Part shown: in pieces, positions 11,524 through 22,364 of the stretch
How positions within the stretch are numbered: position 1 is the stretch's first letter
Layout: each line of letters starts with the position of its first letter
Assembly: GCA_963848305.1 (NCBI GenBank)
Contig: CAWKDC010000001.1
Span: 416,001 to 480,000 of the forward strand
Direction: 5' to 3'
DNA length: 64,000 bases
From: an uncultured Gammaproteobacteria bacterium
Lineage (GTDB): Bacteria > Pseudomonadota > Gammaproteobacteria > JABCZS01
Program-made: the position numbers and the translations under genes
Notes under the pieces: generated by a model
Told to the model about the DNA's origin: nothing
What the model saw: only the letters and a program-made list of their open reading frames with translations
Database searches by the model: none

Positions 11524-12044
11524 TATTGCCCCTCGTGCATCAATGGTAAAAATTCCTTGTTAAAAATATCTTCGGTTAAAATGCCAGCAAATCGATGTCG
11601 AATAATACCTTTGGGATCAATCAATAAAGTTTCTGGAACACCATACACGCCCAGATCAAACCCAAAACGCCCCTCATGATCGACAATCACGAACGCATAC
11701 GGATCCCCACCCTCTTTCAGAAATGCATTGGCTTTGGGGTCTTCATCCTTAAAATTAAGGCCAACAATATGATACTGTTGTTTCGCCAATGATATCAACA
11801 CAGGGTGTTCCAATTTACACGGGGCGCACCAGCTGGCCCAAATATTCAACAATGTCCATTGGCCTTTTAAATCATTTGCATGAAATGTTTTCGATTGAGA
11901 TAAGTCTGGCAGCGAAAACTCGGGCACAGGTTGATTTAATCTGCCAACCGATACGGTAGCAGGCCGATCCGACATCATCAGATAACCCATGATCATCAAC
12001 AATATCAGAAAAAACGCAATCATATATTTATCAAGATGAAGCAT
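11523..12044 (-). CDS. ccmG: Thiol:disulfide interchange protein DsbE/CcmG
   Basis: WASWCAPCKLEHP, GVYGVPET. Confidence 0.94.
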   Translation of the reverse strand: MLHLDKYMIAFFLILLMIMGYLMMSDRPATVSVGRLNQPVPEFSLPDLSQSKTFHANDLKGQWTLLNIWASWCAPCKLEHPVLISLAKQQYHIVGLNFKDEDPKANAFLKEGGDPYAFVIVDHEGRFGFDLGVYGVPETLLIDPKGIIRHRFAGILTEDIFNKEFLPLMHEGQ

Positions 12045-13890
12045 GCTTCCCCCTCAGTACCCTCAAAAACATTCCTGCAGCCATCATTAAACCGCCCAGC
12101 CACACCAGCCGCATCCAGGGTTTATAGTGAATGCGGAAGAGCGAAGCATTGTCTGCCAATGGCTCGCCCAATGCAATATACCAATCTCGCATGAGATTAC
12201 CTTCAATCGCCGTTTCAGAAATGGCAATGCCCCGAAAAGTATAGTAACGCTTTTCTGGTTTCAAGATCATAGGCTCATGGCCCGGTGTGCTCACCCACAG
12301 TGTGGCTCGAACGCCTTCATAATTCGGACCAAACACATCGTCAAAGCGATTCAATTGAACGCTACTGCCCGCCATGGCAAAGTGATCACCCGGAGACAAT
12401 CGACGTTCCTGCTCTACTCCCATTGTTTGACTGATCGCAATGCCCAAAATAAATACAGCGAACCCCATGTGTGCCAAATGCATGGAAACTCTTTTGATAG
12501 TGACAGCATTTTTCGACAGATCATAGCCCGTCTGCAACACCACCCAAATAAACAATGCAAGACCTACTCGCGCCCATATTTGGAACGGAAGCGGCCACAG
12601 AAACGCAGATAATGCAATCGCCATCATCACCATTTGCGGTTTTAGAGATAACGATTGTCGATAACGGCTGCTGGCAGACATGCCCATTAACACAGCAACC
12701 ACTGTGCCAATCGGCAATAAAATTTGATTGAAATATTGCGGACCCACTGAAATAAATCCAAGCCCCATGGCTTCAATGATCAAAGGATAAACAGTGCCCA
12801 AGAAAACGATCGATGCAATGATCACAAATGCAATTTGATTCAACGTTAAAAATGATTCACGTGACGTCAGCGATGGCAAAGACTTCTGTTTCGAAGGTTG
12901 ATGCTTGAAATAAAAATAATGCCCCACCATCACAAAAAACAGCACAATCATCAATATGAAAAAGCCACGCTTCGGATCACTGGCAAAACTGTGCACGGAA
13001 CTCAATAGACCCGAACGAACTAAAAATGTTCCCAACAAGGATAATATAAATGCCCACATCGTTAACAAATACACTGATGAAAGATGACGTGAATCGTGTG
13101 GCATTTGCAACGCGTGCACTAACGCTGTAGCCACCAGCCACGGCAAAAGCGATGCATTTTCAACAGGATCCCAAAACCAAAAACCGCCCCAACCTAACTC
13201 ATAATAAGCCCAGAAACTGCCAAGTGTAATCCCTACTGTTAAAAATCCCCATGCGGTTAACACCACTTTTTCAAAAAGACCACCTTCAATAGCATGATTG
13301 TTTTTGGTGATCATTGCGGCCAACACCATCGCGAATGGCACAGCAAAGCCCACATAACCCACATACAAAACAGGCGGATGGAACATCATGCCAAGATCTT
13401 GCAATAACGGATTTAAATCCTGCCCTTCCGTTGGCACAATTGGCGTGATGACGTCGAACGGACTTGAGGCCAATAAAATATATAATAAAAGAGCCAAATG
13501 AATGGTGATCAGCACTGTTAAACACACCGTTTTATAATAAGACGGTGGCGAGAGCGAACGATATGCCGCACTCCATAATGTCAGCACAAACAACCATAAC
13601 ACAATCGACCCTTCATGCCCCGCCCATATAGCGCCTAATTTGTAATACCAAGGCAGATTGGTTTGGACGTGCTCGAACACGATACGCAAAGAAAAATCAT
13701 GCATTAAAAATGCATAGACCAATAAAGCAACGCTAAACCACACAAATCCTAACATGCCATTGAAAAAAGCAGGAAATAAAGGCGCCCATTTGCTGTGTTC
13801 ATGGCGCGAAGATGCAACACCCGTCAAAAATCCAAGCGCAGCGCACACGACGGCCAAGATCATCAAGACATGAGACAAGAATGGAATCAC
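12031..13890 (-). CDS. ccmF: Heme lyase CcmF
   Basis: WAYYELGWGGFWFWDPVEN, HPPVLYVGY, SVHSFA. Confidence 0.97.
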   Translation of the reverse strand: MIPFLSHVLMILAVVCAALGFLTGVASSRHEHSKWAPLFPAFFNGMLGFVWFSVALLVYAFLMHDFSLRIVFEHVQTNLPWYYKLGAIWAGHEGSIVLWLFVLTLWSAAYRSLSPPSYYKTVCLTVLITIHLALLLYILLASSPFDVITPIVPTEGQDLNPLLQDLGMMFHPPVLYVGYVGFAVPFAMVLAAMITKNNHAIEGGLFEKVVLTAWGFLTVGITLGSFWAYYELGWGGFWFWDPVENASLLPWLVATALVHALQMPHDSRHLSSVYLLTMWAFILSLLGTFLVRSGLLSSVHSFASDPKRGFFILMIVLFFVMVGHYFYFKHQPSKQKSLPSLTSRESFLTLNQIAFVIIASIVFLGTVYPLIIEAMGLGFISVGPQYFNQILLPIGTVVAVLMGMSASSRYRQSLSLKPQMVMMAIALSAFLWPLPFQIWARVGLALFIWVVLQTGYDLSKNAVTIKRVSMHLAHMGFAVFILGIAISQTMGVEQERRLSPGDHFAMAGSSVQLNRFDDVFGPNYEGVRATLWVSTPGHEPMILKPEKRYYTFRGIAISETAIEGNLMRDWYIALGEPLADNASLFRIHYKPWMRLVWLGGLMMAAGMFLRVLRGKHASS

Positions 13891-14312
13891 TTCGCCTCCT
13901 GCAATGTATGCTGCAATTCACGCGGGACATAACGCTCATCATGTTTTGTCAATACTTCTTGTGCATGAAACCCCAACGTTGGATTGTAGGTGCCTTTGAC
14001 TATCACACCTTGCCCTTCTCGGAATAAATCGGGCAATACACCTTCATAGTAGACCGGTAAATTCGCCAATCCATCCGTCACATGAAATTGCACTTTTAAC
14101 GATGCTTCATCTCTACGCACGCTGTTTTCCATCACCAACCCACCCATGCGAACAACTTGACGTTCTGTCAGAGATTGCTCGACCAATTCACTCGGTGTGA
14201 AATACAATTGAATACTTTCTTTCAGGGACATGAGCACACATGCCACCCCTATTCCCGCTGTCAATAAAATCGCCAAAATTTGAAGACCTCTTTTTTTGTG
14301 TTTAGGTGTCAT
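13887..14312 (-). CDS. ccmE: Heme chaperone CcmE
   Basis: LPDLFREGQG, KHDERY. Confidence 0.96.
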   Translation of the reverse strand: MTPKHKKRGLQILAILLTAGIGVACVLMSLKESIQLYFTPSELVEQSLTERQVVRMGGLVMENSVRRDEASLKVQFHVTDGLANLPVYYEGVLPDLFREGQGVIVKGTYNPTLGFHAQEVLTKHDERYVPRELQHTLQEAK

Positions 14313-14427
14313 GATTCACCTCGCGCTGTAATGTTCGCAAACGACGGGTGTCATGTACAATGCGCCATCCTATGGCGACACAGACGATCGCCCAGCTGCT
14401 GAATACATATATCGCATAACCACTCAT
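14302..14427 (-). CDS. ccmD: Heme exporter protein CcmD (41 aa, below the ORF-track cutoff)
   Basis: Manual translation MSGYAIYVFSSWAIVCVAIGWRIVHDTRRLRTLQREVNHDT*, between ccmC and ccmE. Confidence 0.85.
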   Translation of the reverse strand: MSGYAIYVFSSWAIVCVAIGWRIVHDTRRLRTLQREVNHDT

Positions 14428-15125
14428 AAACGTTCCTCTAAACATAAAATGCGCAATCGCAGGATAATCATATACAGTGCCATCATGGCGAAAGCGAATA
14501 GACAGAAAAGTAACGGATACAGCATTTCTGGCGCCATATCAGGTTTTGCAAATTGTGACAGCGTCTGCCCTTGATGCAAGGTGTACCACCACTGCACAGA
14601 AAAATGCACAATCGGAATATTCACCAAACCAATCACAGCAAGGACGTGCGCCGGCATGATGGATTGATGTTGCGTGCGCAGCGCGTCTTTCAAAAAAATC
14701 ACACCCAAATAAATAAACAATAAAATGAGCTCTGAGGTTAATCTCGCATCCCACACCCACCAAGTTCCCCACATCGGTTTGCCCCAAATAGCGCCTGTGA
14801 TCAAAGCGAGCCCTGTGAATAATGCGCCCGTCGGTGCGCACGCCCACACAAATTTATCCAACATTTTCACACGAAAGATTAAAAACAGTAAGGATGCAAT
14901 CGCCATGCTGGTATAAATACCCATTGATAAAAAAGCGCTCGGCACATGCACGAAAATAATACGGTACGCATCTTGTTGCTGGTAATCAGCGGGCGCCAGA
15001 AAAAGGCCCCATACTGCTCCTATGCAGAATGATATAAAGGCAATCATCCCAATCCAAGGCGATATTATCCTTAAAAACTTTTCCAAGTTTTTTGAGACCA
15101 TCAATGATTTGATTGCTTTCCACAT
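14424..15125 (-). CDS. ccmC: Heme exporter protein CcmC
   Basis: WGKPMWGTWWVWDARLTS, HVPSA, HQG. Confidence 0.97.
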   Translation of the reverse strand: MWKAIKSLMVSKNLEKFLRIISPWIGMIAFISFCIGAVWGLFLAPADYQQQDAYRIIFVHVPSAFLSMGIYTSMAIASLLFLIFRVKMLDKFVWACAPTGALFTGLALITGAIWGKPMWGTWWVWDARLTSELILLFIYLGVIFLKDALRTQHQSIMPAHVLAVIGLVNIPIVHFSVQWWYTLHQGQTLSQFAKPDMAPEMLYPLLFCLFAFAMMALYMIILRLRILCLEERL

Positions 15126-15128
15126 GCC

Positions 15129-15797
15129 CTACCCCAATCCTTTTCGCAGTAAAAATACAATGAGCCATGGCAATGCGAGACACGAAGCGATCGCCATGGC
15201 GCACAATAAATAAATTTCAGATAAAAATGGCACGCCCATTTGTGCATGCATCACCATGCTTTGCGCCACAATCAGCGGTGGACAATATAGCGGCATCAGA
15301 ATCACTATGCTGAGTAAACTGCTTTGAGGCAAGGTGATCGTGAGCGCACTCGACAAAGCTGCCGATAAAAATAAAATAGGTAATAGGAACACTAAACTGA
15401 GAATCACCGCAGAGATCACCATGGATGATATGGGCATTGTATAGACAGACAATATCAAAACACCCAATAAAGGAAGTCCCATCCATACACCGAGCACGCA
15501 TAATCTGATCACGATCGCATAAAAAAACCCGATCGGCGAAAACACATATTGATGCAAATAGCCTGAGTGATAATCCATCTTAAATAGATATTCTGGCAGA
15601 AGGAACATCACCAATAATAATATAATACTGTACACACGGGGCAACACTGTTGCTGATAAAGTCGGTTCATCCAATGCAAATTGCATCAACACCAACATGA
15701 CGATGGCGAAACACAGGGGCAATGCCCACTGCTCTACTTGTGAACGTAATAAAGACATTTCACGACGCACTGAACGCAAGCACTCACACTGTGACAT
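15129..15797 (-). CDS. ccmB: Heme exporter protein CcmB
   Basis: Multi-TM, FKMDYHSGYL, LMPLYCPPLI; between ccmA and ccmC; start taken at MSQCE. Confidence 0.88.
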   Translation of the reverse strand: MSQCECLRSVRREMSLLRSQVEQWALPLCFAIVMLVLMQFALDEPTLSATVLPRVYSIILLLVMFLLPEYLFKMDYHSGYLHQYVFSPIGFFYAIVIRLCVLGVWMGLPLLGVLILSVYTMPISSMVISAVILSLVFLLPILFLSAALSSALTITLPQSSLLSIVILMPLYCPPLIVAQSMVMHAQMGVPFLSEIYLLCAMAIASCLALPWLIVFLLRKGLG

Positions 15798-16368
15798 CAG
15801 GCACCCCCATGTCCAGTACCTGTGTTGCCCAATCAGACAAATCATCGTGAGACACCACGATCATTGCCACACCTTCTTGCAAATATCCTTTCAGCAAACT
15901 TTTGACCTTAAGGGTGCTGTTAACATCCAGCGCGTTGAAAGGCTCATCCAACAACCAGAGCGATGCCCCTGAGAGCATCACGGGCACCAAGGCCAGACGT
16001 TGTTTTTGACCCGCAGACAAGGTAGCGATTCGACGGTGGATGAGGGATTCCAAACCAAGAGCTGCCAGCACAGCCTGGCAAGTTTTTTCATCAAATGAAG
16101 GAATAGCAGGATGAAGGGCACAATGATCCCAAACGGAAAGATGCAGAGGCAACCCGGTGTGATGGCCCAAGTAGGTGATGCGATGATCAGGGGCCAAAAC
16201 AACACCCTCATGAGGAAGCCAACCCAATATTGCCTTTAATAACGTAGACTTACCGCATCCATTGGGGCCCTTCAACCACAAAGCTTCACCCTTTTTGAGG
16301 GTGAATGACAGGGGGGCATGAATAGACCGCCCTTCGCGTTGGATTTCTAGATGGTTGACTGTCAGCAT
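15784..16368 (-). CDS. ccmA: Heme ABC exporter ATPase CcmA
   Basis: GPNGCGKS, LSAGQKQR, WLLDEP. Confidence 0.94.
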   Translation of the reverse strand: MLTVNHLEIQREGRSIHAPLSFTLKKGEALWLKGPNGCGKSTLLKAILGWLPHEGVVLAPDHRITYLGHHTGLPLHLSVWDHCALHPAIPSFDEKTCQAVLAALGLESLIHRRIATLSAGQKQRLALVPVMLSGASLWLLDEPFNALDVNSTLKVKSLLKGYLQEGVAMIVVSHDDLSDWATQVLDMGVPDVTV

Positions 16369-16396
16369 GGTCGGTATTCTACCACACTACACTCAT

Positions 16397-16876
16397 TTAT
16401 TCCCCGCAAACCCTCAATCGCGTCAGGTGGGCTTCATATTGACGATGAGGGTCAGCATACTGGCTTCTTGTCTCGCTGGTACCCACTAGACGGCCACTCT
16501 CAGAGAGGTATTCATACTCGCCATCTTTGCAGCTCGAATCGGTGCACACAAAAATTTCCCTGACGCCATCCAACACTTGACCACAACATTGCCGACCAAT
16601 CTTATTCGGGGCGCCTTGCGGGTCTTTGCAATAATACATGGTCTCGCCGGGTGGGTATTCATAATATTTGTCTGGATACGCCATCCCCGCGTCAGCACCA
16701 TAATACTTGCCACCTTTTTTGTAAAACACATACAAACTGCGGCGCGCGTCTTCAGGCGGCGGATTATCTGCCAGTGCTACATTCAACCCCACCATCAGCA
16801 ACAATAAAATTTTCAAACAATATGCCATGTTTTCCCTCATCAATACTGACACTCTGTAAATGATAGACCATAACAC
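16397..16876 (-). CDS. Cys-rich exported hypothetical protein
   Basis: Signal-like LLLLMVGLNVALA; several Cys; start uncertain. Confidence 0.55.
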   Translation of the reverse strand: MLWSIIYRVSVLMRENMAYCLKILLLLMVGLNVALADNPPPEDARRSLYVFYKKGGKYYGADAGMAYPDKYYEYPPGETMYYCKDPQGAPNKIGRQCCGQVLDGVREIFVCTDSSCKDGEYEYLSESGRLVGTSETRSQYADPHRQYEAHLTRLRVCGE

Positions 16877-16920
16877 GCCCTTGCTGCCAGGGGTATTCTC
16901 TGCTACATTGAGTGCAATAA

Positions 16921-17925
16921 ATGACGAGGTTCTTCATGCTCTTAACACTCTTAGCTCAATGGGGTCTATTCGTGGCCAAAACCATCACGTTGGTCATCGC
17001 CATTGTGGCGACGACAGCGGCCATTTTGGGGCTCATTCTCAAACAACGCAAAATGCAAGAAGTGCTGCAAATCACACCGTTGAATGACAAATACGATGAC
17101 TTGACGATGGGTATTGCAGAGGAAGCGCTCGATAAGAAGGCATTCAAGGCTTTTAAAAAACAACAGAAAAAAGAAGCTGAGCAAAACGCCAATAAAAAAC
17201 CCCTGCTCTATGTCCTCAAATTTGAAGGTGACATGGCTGCGACAGGGCTAAGAGCTTTGCGCGAAGAAGTTTCTGCGATTTTGTCTTACCATCGCCCCCA
17301 TGATCGTGTGCTGCTTATCCTTGAAAGCCCGGGTGGCATGGTACACCAATACGGTTTAGCCGCCGCACAATTGGAGCGCTTGAAGGCGGCCAAGCTCCAT
17401 CTGACGGTGGCCGTCGACACGGTCGCTGCCAGTGGCGGTTATTTGATGGCCGTGGTAGCCGATCACATCATGGCAGCACCATTCGCTGTACTGGGATCGA
17501 TTGGTGTTGTCGCACAATTACCCAATTTCCACCGTTTTCTGGATAAACACAATGTCGATGTTGAACTACACACAGCCGGCAAATATAAACGCACCCTGAC
17601 GATGTTTGGTGAAAACACCAAGGAAGGCAGGAAGAAGTTCCAGGAAGAATTAGATGAAACACAGTCTTTATTCAAAGCGTTCGTATCACGTTATCGTCCA
17701 CAACTTGACATTGACGCACTCGCCACGGGCGAACACTGGTATGGCCAAGACGCCCTGCCCCGTCAACTCATCGACAGCCTTGGCACGAGTGATGATTTTA
17801 TTCAATCACATTTGAAAACCCATCACATCTTGTTGCTAACTTATTCCCTGCCAGAACGTTTGCGCCAAAAAATTAGCCATTGGCTGAAAATGTGTGCACA
17901 GCATGTGATGACCCGATTCGCCTAG
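16921..17925 (+). CDS. sohB: S49 family protease SohB
   Basis: N-terminal TM, LESPGGMVHQYGLAAAQL, AASGGY, GSIGVVAQLPNF. Confidence 0.94.
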   Translation: MTRFFMLLTLLAQWGLFVAKTITLVIAIVATTAAILGLILKQRKMQEVLQITPLNDKYDDLTMGIAEEALDKKAFKAFKKQQKKEAEQNANKKPLLYVLKFEGDMAATGLRALREEVSAILSYHRPHDRVLLILESPGGMVHQYGLAAAQLERLKAAKLHLTVAVDTVAASGGYLMAVVADHIMAAPFAVLGSIGVVAQLPNFHRFLDKHNVDVELHTAGKYKRTLTMFGENTKEGRKKFQEELDETQSLFKAFVSRYRPQLDIDALATGEHWYGQDALPRQLIDSLGTSDDFIQSHLKTHHILLLTYSLPERLRQKISHWLKMCAQHVMTRFA

Positions 17926-17938
17926 CAGGAGCTAAAAA

Positions 17939-18310
17939 ATGGTCAGAATATTCTCGATCTTTGTTCTCATCCTGATCAGCAGCCCTTTATGGGCAGTGGG
18001 ATCCAACCTCACACTCGGGCCTGCCGCTGAAAATGCGGGCGAGGTGTTATTGAGTGTCGTCGCACTGATCGAAGCTGTGTTGTACATTGCTGCCACGGTA
18101 ATGTTCACCAGCGCCATCATGAAGTTTCGGATTCACTTTCAAAACCCGCAACAAATCCCGATGTCAACGCCCATCACAGAACTGATTTTGGCGATCGTTC
18201 TGGGGAGCCTACCGATTGTAACCGAACTGGCGACAAGGACAGCCGTAAAAGCCCCTCCCTCCGTTTTGCGTCCTCACATGAACTCTGACAAAGCGAGTCA
18301 GGCACAGTAA
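17939..18310 (+). CDS. IcmD/DotP-like type IVB secretion protein (orphan paralog)
   Basis: Signal + 2 TM with IMKFRIHFQNPQQIPMSTPI, resembling the IcmD KFKQHKDNPTQIPIGTPI signature. Confidence 0.7.
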   Translation: MVRIFSIFVLILISSPLWAVGSNLTLGPAAENAGEVLLSVVALIEAVLYIAATVMFTSAIMKFRIHFQNPQQIPMSTPITELILAIVLGSLPIVTELATRTAVKAPPSVLRPHMNSDKASQAQ

Positions 18311-19472
18311 CCGTTAATACGCGGTGGCGCAAAGAACCTGTCGACGGTAAGTGGATTTGTTGATGCAAAGGAGGAGATTCATAGCCACTGCCAGATGCAT
18401 GCGTCAGCATATTCATGGCACCATGCCCATCATATGCAACCTTCAATCGCGTCATCATTGCCTGCAATGATGACAATGAAGGCATTTCTGATGCACCCCT
18501 TACTACCGTTCTATCGTTCTGTGTAACATGCAATTGAGCATTCAAATAAGACTTTGTGTACATAATGGCAGTCAGTTGTGAAGATTTTCTTTCATGATTA
18601 AGCGCATAATCCAACAGACGTAATAATGTTTGAATAACCGCATAAACATCATGTCCCTCGATACATTTCACCTCACGCTCATGAGCTAAATCCTCCATGA
18701 GTCTGGGATGTAAATAGCCTTGTGTCCCGAAGCAAACGGGTTCTTCTAGCTCTCCATCAGCATCTTTGTCCTTTTGATTAATGACTGTGCCCGTTTTAAG
18801 CGCCGTTTCAAAATCAGTGATGTTCACATGCCCAGTCTTTTCATCAAACATGATGTTGGCGGGCTTTATGTCCAAATGCAATAATCCTTTTTGGTGCCAT
18901 TCACCCAGGGAAACACACAAATAATGGCCTATAAATAAAGCCTGCTTCACAGTGAGCCCCTCCATATCAAGGAGTTCTTGCACATCTTTTCCAGGGTAAA
19001 AGGGCAGCAATAGGTAGCAGGTAACCCCCGTATCGCCGTAACACATGCCCAAATGCACCGTCAAACCAATCACTTGACAGTGGTTATATTCACGCGTGGC
19101 CATGCGCACAGGATCCGCATCGTTCTCATTCTTCGGCGTGAGCACTTTTAAAAAGTAACATTCCCCTGTCGTGAGGGAGAATGCCATCTGAGGCACCACA
19201 CGGGAGTGCGGCCTCAAGGGATTGGGAGTTGAAATCACCTTGACAAGAAAAACCATGTTTTTAATCACAATCAAAGGATAAGGGATCTGTTCACTTTGAT
19301 CTAAAATGGCAAAATCAATGCCATTAGGGTGACTTTCAAATAGTTTTGCGATAGCTTGCTGACATATTTTTACCTGATTATCTTGAAGTCTGATGCCTTT
19401 TTGTCTCAGCTGATCCAAGCAGGGTTGCTTAAAGAGTTGTTCTTGTGATGATGAGCGTGTTAGTGCAAACAT
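18174..19472 (-). CDS. Eukaryotic-like Ser/Thr protein kinase, candidate effector
   Basis: YFLKV, HLDIKPANIM, TDFE, GTQGY, HDVYA subdomains; C-terminal end uncertain because it overlaps the icmD-like gene. Confidence 0.82.
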   Translation of the reverse strand: MFALTRSSSQEQLFKQPCLDQLRQKGIRLQDNQVKICQQAIAKLFESHPNGIDFAILDQSEQIPYPLIVIKNMVFLVKVISTPNPLRPHSRVVPQMAFSLTTGECYFLKVLTPKNENDADPVRMATREYNHCQVIGLTVHLGMCYGDTGVTCYLLLPFYPGKDVQELLDMEGLTVKQALFIGHYLCVSLGEWHQKGLLHLDIKPANIMFDEKTGHVNITDFETALKTGTVINQKDKDADGELEEPVCFGTQGYLHPRLMEDLAHEREVKCIEGHDVYAVIQTLLRLLDYALNHERKSSQLTAIMYTKSYLNAQLHVTQNDRTVVRGASEMPSLSSLQAMMTRLKVAYDGHGAMNMLTHASGSGYESPPLHQQIHLPSTGSLRHRVLTVTVPDSLCQSSCEDAKRREGLLRLSLSPVRLQSVGSPERSPKSVL

Positions 19473-19629
19473 TTTAAATCCTACATATTTTCAACAGTAT
19501 CCGATATCATACCGATTGGGTAAAGCAAATGCAAATAGTTTGTTTTATAAGTTACATCAACCATCTTGATATATTCCACAACCACATCTACTATTATCAA
19601 CAAGTCCACTATTTTTTTGGAATCACATC

Positions 19630-20370
19630 ATGAAACTGATCATCTCCTTCTCTGTTGCAGCTTTATTTTGCAGTGTCTCTATGAATGCGCAAGCGACAGC
19701 TGAAGAGGCTTTCGCAGCGCGCTTTCCCTATGCAACCAGTCAAACCAAAACTTATCCCACCTTCCCTGCAAGCCCATGGTGTGGGTATAAGGGGCAAAAA
19801 GCGCCACCCGTGACTCCTGCCGCCTATCCTAACTTCACAAATGGAAAAGTAGAACTCACAGCCTATCCTACTAAGGTCGAACTGGAGTGGCTCGGTGGAT
19901 TAAAAAATGCAACCGATCAAAAGGCTTACGTTGATAGCAACCAACATCTAGTCAGTTATTCACATATGTCCAACTCATTGCTGGATGGGGCACTGCATTG
20001 TTTTTGGCGATCAAGGAGCAATGGCACAACAAATATCGTTGCGCTAGAGAACACTTATTCTGAAACACTTGGAAGAGCATCAGATGATTGCGGAGGGTAC
20101 CTAAATGCAGAGCAACAGCTTACCAAGGATGCTGAACAACTACAAAAAGATGCGGAAGAGTTAAAAAAAGATGCTGATGAGTTGAAATCAAAAGTATGTT
20201 CAAAATGTTACTTCATTGAAGCTGGCAATTTAAAAGATGCGGAAAAGCAATTGAAAGATGAACAAGCAAAACTCGAACAGCGCAAAATTGAACTCACATA
20301 CATGTTTAAAAATTGCATGAATTTTACACAATTGTTTGTGAACCCACCTGCGCTTTATAAAAAGCCCTAA
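19630..20370 (+). CDS. Exported protein with C-terminal coiled coil
   Basis: Signal peptide; KDAEQLQ-KDAEELK-KDADELK heptads. Confidence 0.7.
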   Translation: MKLIISFSVAALFCSVSMNAQATAEEAFAARFPYATSQTKTYPTFPASPWCGYKGQKAPPVTPAAYPNFTNGKVELTAYPTKVELEWLGGLKNATDQKAYVDSNQHLVSYSHMSNSLLDGALHCFWRSRSNGTTNIVALENTYSETLGRASDDCGGYLNAEQQLTKDAEQLQKDAEELKKDADELKSKVCSKCYFIEAGNLKDAEKQLKDEQAKLEQRKIELTYMFKNCMNFTQLFVNPPALYKKP

Positions 20371-20453
20371 AGAGTATTGTAAAAAACAACCCCCGTCGTC
20401 TGAAGCGGAGCCCCCCATGAAGTCACCGCAGGCGACGAAATGGGGGGTATGGG

Positions 20454-21728
20454 TTACAACGAAATCTTCTCCAATCCCCCCATATACGGGCGCAAACAGT
20501 TGGGGACAATGATCTCGCCGTCTTTGGTTTGATAATTTTCCATCACGGCAACCAAGGTTCGGCCAATCGCTAAACCAGATCCATTGAGAGTATGCAACAA
20601 TTCAACCTGACCATTGGTATCGCGAAAACGCGCCTGCATACGCCGGGCTTGATACGCATCAAACAACGAGCAGGATGAAATTTCGCGGTATCGGTTTTGA
20701 CCAGGCAACCATACTTCAATATCATAGGTTTTCGCACTGCCTGCGCTCATGTCACCGCCACACAAAGCCACCACACGATAGGGAAGCTCAAGCTTTTTTA
20801 AAATCGTTTCAGCGTTGCCTGTCAAACGTTCTAATTCAGCATCACTGTGATCGGGTGTTGTGAACACAACCAATTCTACTTTTTCAAATTGATGTTGGCG
20901 GATCATACCGCGCGTGTCTTTGCCATAACTGCCCGCTTCACTGCGGAAACAGGCGCTGTAAGCGACATACCGCAAAGGGAGCACTGATTTGTCAACAATC
21001 TCAGCGCGCAACATATTTGTGACAGGCACCTCTGCAGTTGGGATCAACCATAAATCTTTTTCGCCTTCGATACGAAACATGTCTTCAGCAGCTTTGGGCA
21101 ATTGCGCCGTGCCATACGCACTCTCGCTGTTCACTAAGTAGGGGACATTCACTTCCGTGTACCCATGTTCAGTTGTGTGCACATCCAACATGAATTGACC
21201 TAATGCACGATGCAAACGGGCAATCGGCCCTTCCATCACCACAAAACGTGCGCCAGCAATTTTCGCCCCTTTTTCGAAATCCATGCCTTTTAAGCCTGCG
21301 CCTAAATCAACATGATCCTTGGGAATAAAGTCAAATGTTTTAGGTGTACCCACACGGCGAATTTCAACATTGTCTGTTTCTGTGCGACCCTCTGGCACGC
21401 TGTCTTTGGGAATATTGGGCAAACGATCGAGGAAATCTTGTAAGCGTGTTTGGAGTTTTTCTAATTCTGCTTCTTTTTCAGCAAGACGATCACCGAGACC
21501 CGCAACTTGTTTCATGAAAGGTGTTGCATCTTCGCCTTTGCCCTTCGCGATGCCAATTTGTTTTGAGACTTCGTTTCGTTCTTGACGCAAAGCTTCTGTG
21601 GCCACTTGCACACTTTTGCGTGATGCTTCGAGTTCAGCAAATAACGCCAAATCCAGTTTAAACCCTTTTTTCGCGAGTTTTTCTGCAACGAGTTCCGGGT
21701 GTTGGCGCAGTAATTTAATGTCTAGCAT
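20454..21728 (-). CDS. serS: Seryl-tRNA synthetase
   Basis: [42 protein letters not shown]. Confidence 0.98.
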   Translation of the reverse strand: MLDIKLLRQHPELVAEKLAKKGFKLDLALFAELEASRKSVQVATEALRQERNEVSKQIGIAKGKGEDATPFMKQVAGLGDRLAEKEAELEKLQTRLQDFLDRLPNIPKDSVPEGRTETDNVEIRRVGTPKTFDFIPKDHVDLGAGLKGMDFEKGAKIAGARFVVMEGPIARLHRALGQFMLDVHTTEHGYTEVNVPYLVNSESAYGTAQLPKAAEDMFRIEGEKDLWLIPTAEVPVTNMLRAEIVDKSVLPLRYVAYSACFRSEAGSYGKDTRGMIRQHQFEKVELVVFTTPDHSDAELERLTGNAETILKKLELPYRVVALCGGDMSAGSAKTYDIEVWLPGQNRYREISSCSLFDAYQARRMQARFRDTNGQVELLHTLNGSGLAIGRTLVAVMENYQTKDGEIIVPNCLRPYMGGLEKISL

Positions 21729-21746
21729 GTTGTCTCCTCTAAAATA

Positions 21747-22364
21747 TTACTCCTTAATAATGTCTACCCCGTCTGGTACCTTAAACTGAAACGCATCGGG
21801 GGGTACATCCGCATTTTGCTCGAGATCTGTGAATTGAATATTCACCTCTTGATCAAGCGTATCTTGAAAACGCATGGACAAAATAGCACTACCTTGATAG
21901 GTCAATTCAATGGATTTGATCATGCTCTCGGCATTTTTGGGGGTTAAAATAAACATGTCTTGATAGGAACCCTGTGTATGATGTCGCACAATGAAATCTT
22001 TCGAGACATCGCTTGTTTCACCAATCAACAACAAAGCTGGTGCATCTTGCACGCTCGTGGTGATGGGACGTATGACGACCTGATCCAAATCTTTATCATA
22101 AATATAAATCTTTTTACCATCAGATAATAATTCTTGTTGATAGGGTTTGACAATTCGCCAACGAAATTGATTGGGACGCTCCATCACCACGTCGCCTTGA
22201 ATCACTTTTTTATCGCGAGAAGTTATGTCGTCAGACGTTTGAATATAATTGGCTTTAAGGGTTTGCAGCAATAACAACCGTTGATTGAGCATGTCCGCAG
22301 GCGTGAGCGCCCAACCTGACAAAGACAAAAAACACAATACCACACACCACACACTTCGCATCAC
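21747..22364 (-). CDS. lolA: Outer-membrane lipoprotein chaperone LolA
   Basis: RPNQFRW, PYQQELLSDG, YDKDLDQV, FQFKVPDGVDI; follows ftsK. Confidence 0.94.
   Translation of the reverse strand: MMRSVWCVVLCFLSLSGWALTPADMLNQRLLLLQTLKANYIQTSDDITSRDKKVIQGDVVMERPNQFRWRIVKPYQQELLSDGKKIYIYDKDLDQVVIRPITTSVQDAPALLLIGETSDVSKDFIVRHHTQGSYQDMFILTPKNAESMIKSIELTYQGSAILSMRFQDTLDQEVNIQFTDLEQNADVPPDAFQFKVPDGVDIIKE

Noticed and set aside
20389-20448. GC-rich stem (ccccccat...atgggggg) between convergent genes as an ncRNA
   Set aside because: Short and positioned like a bidirectional terminator or REP remnant; no support for an independent RNA.
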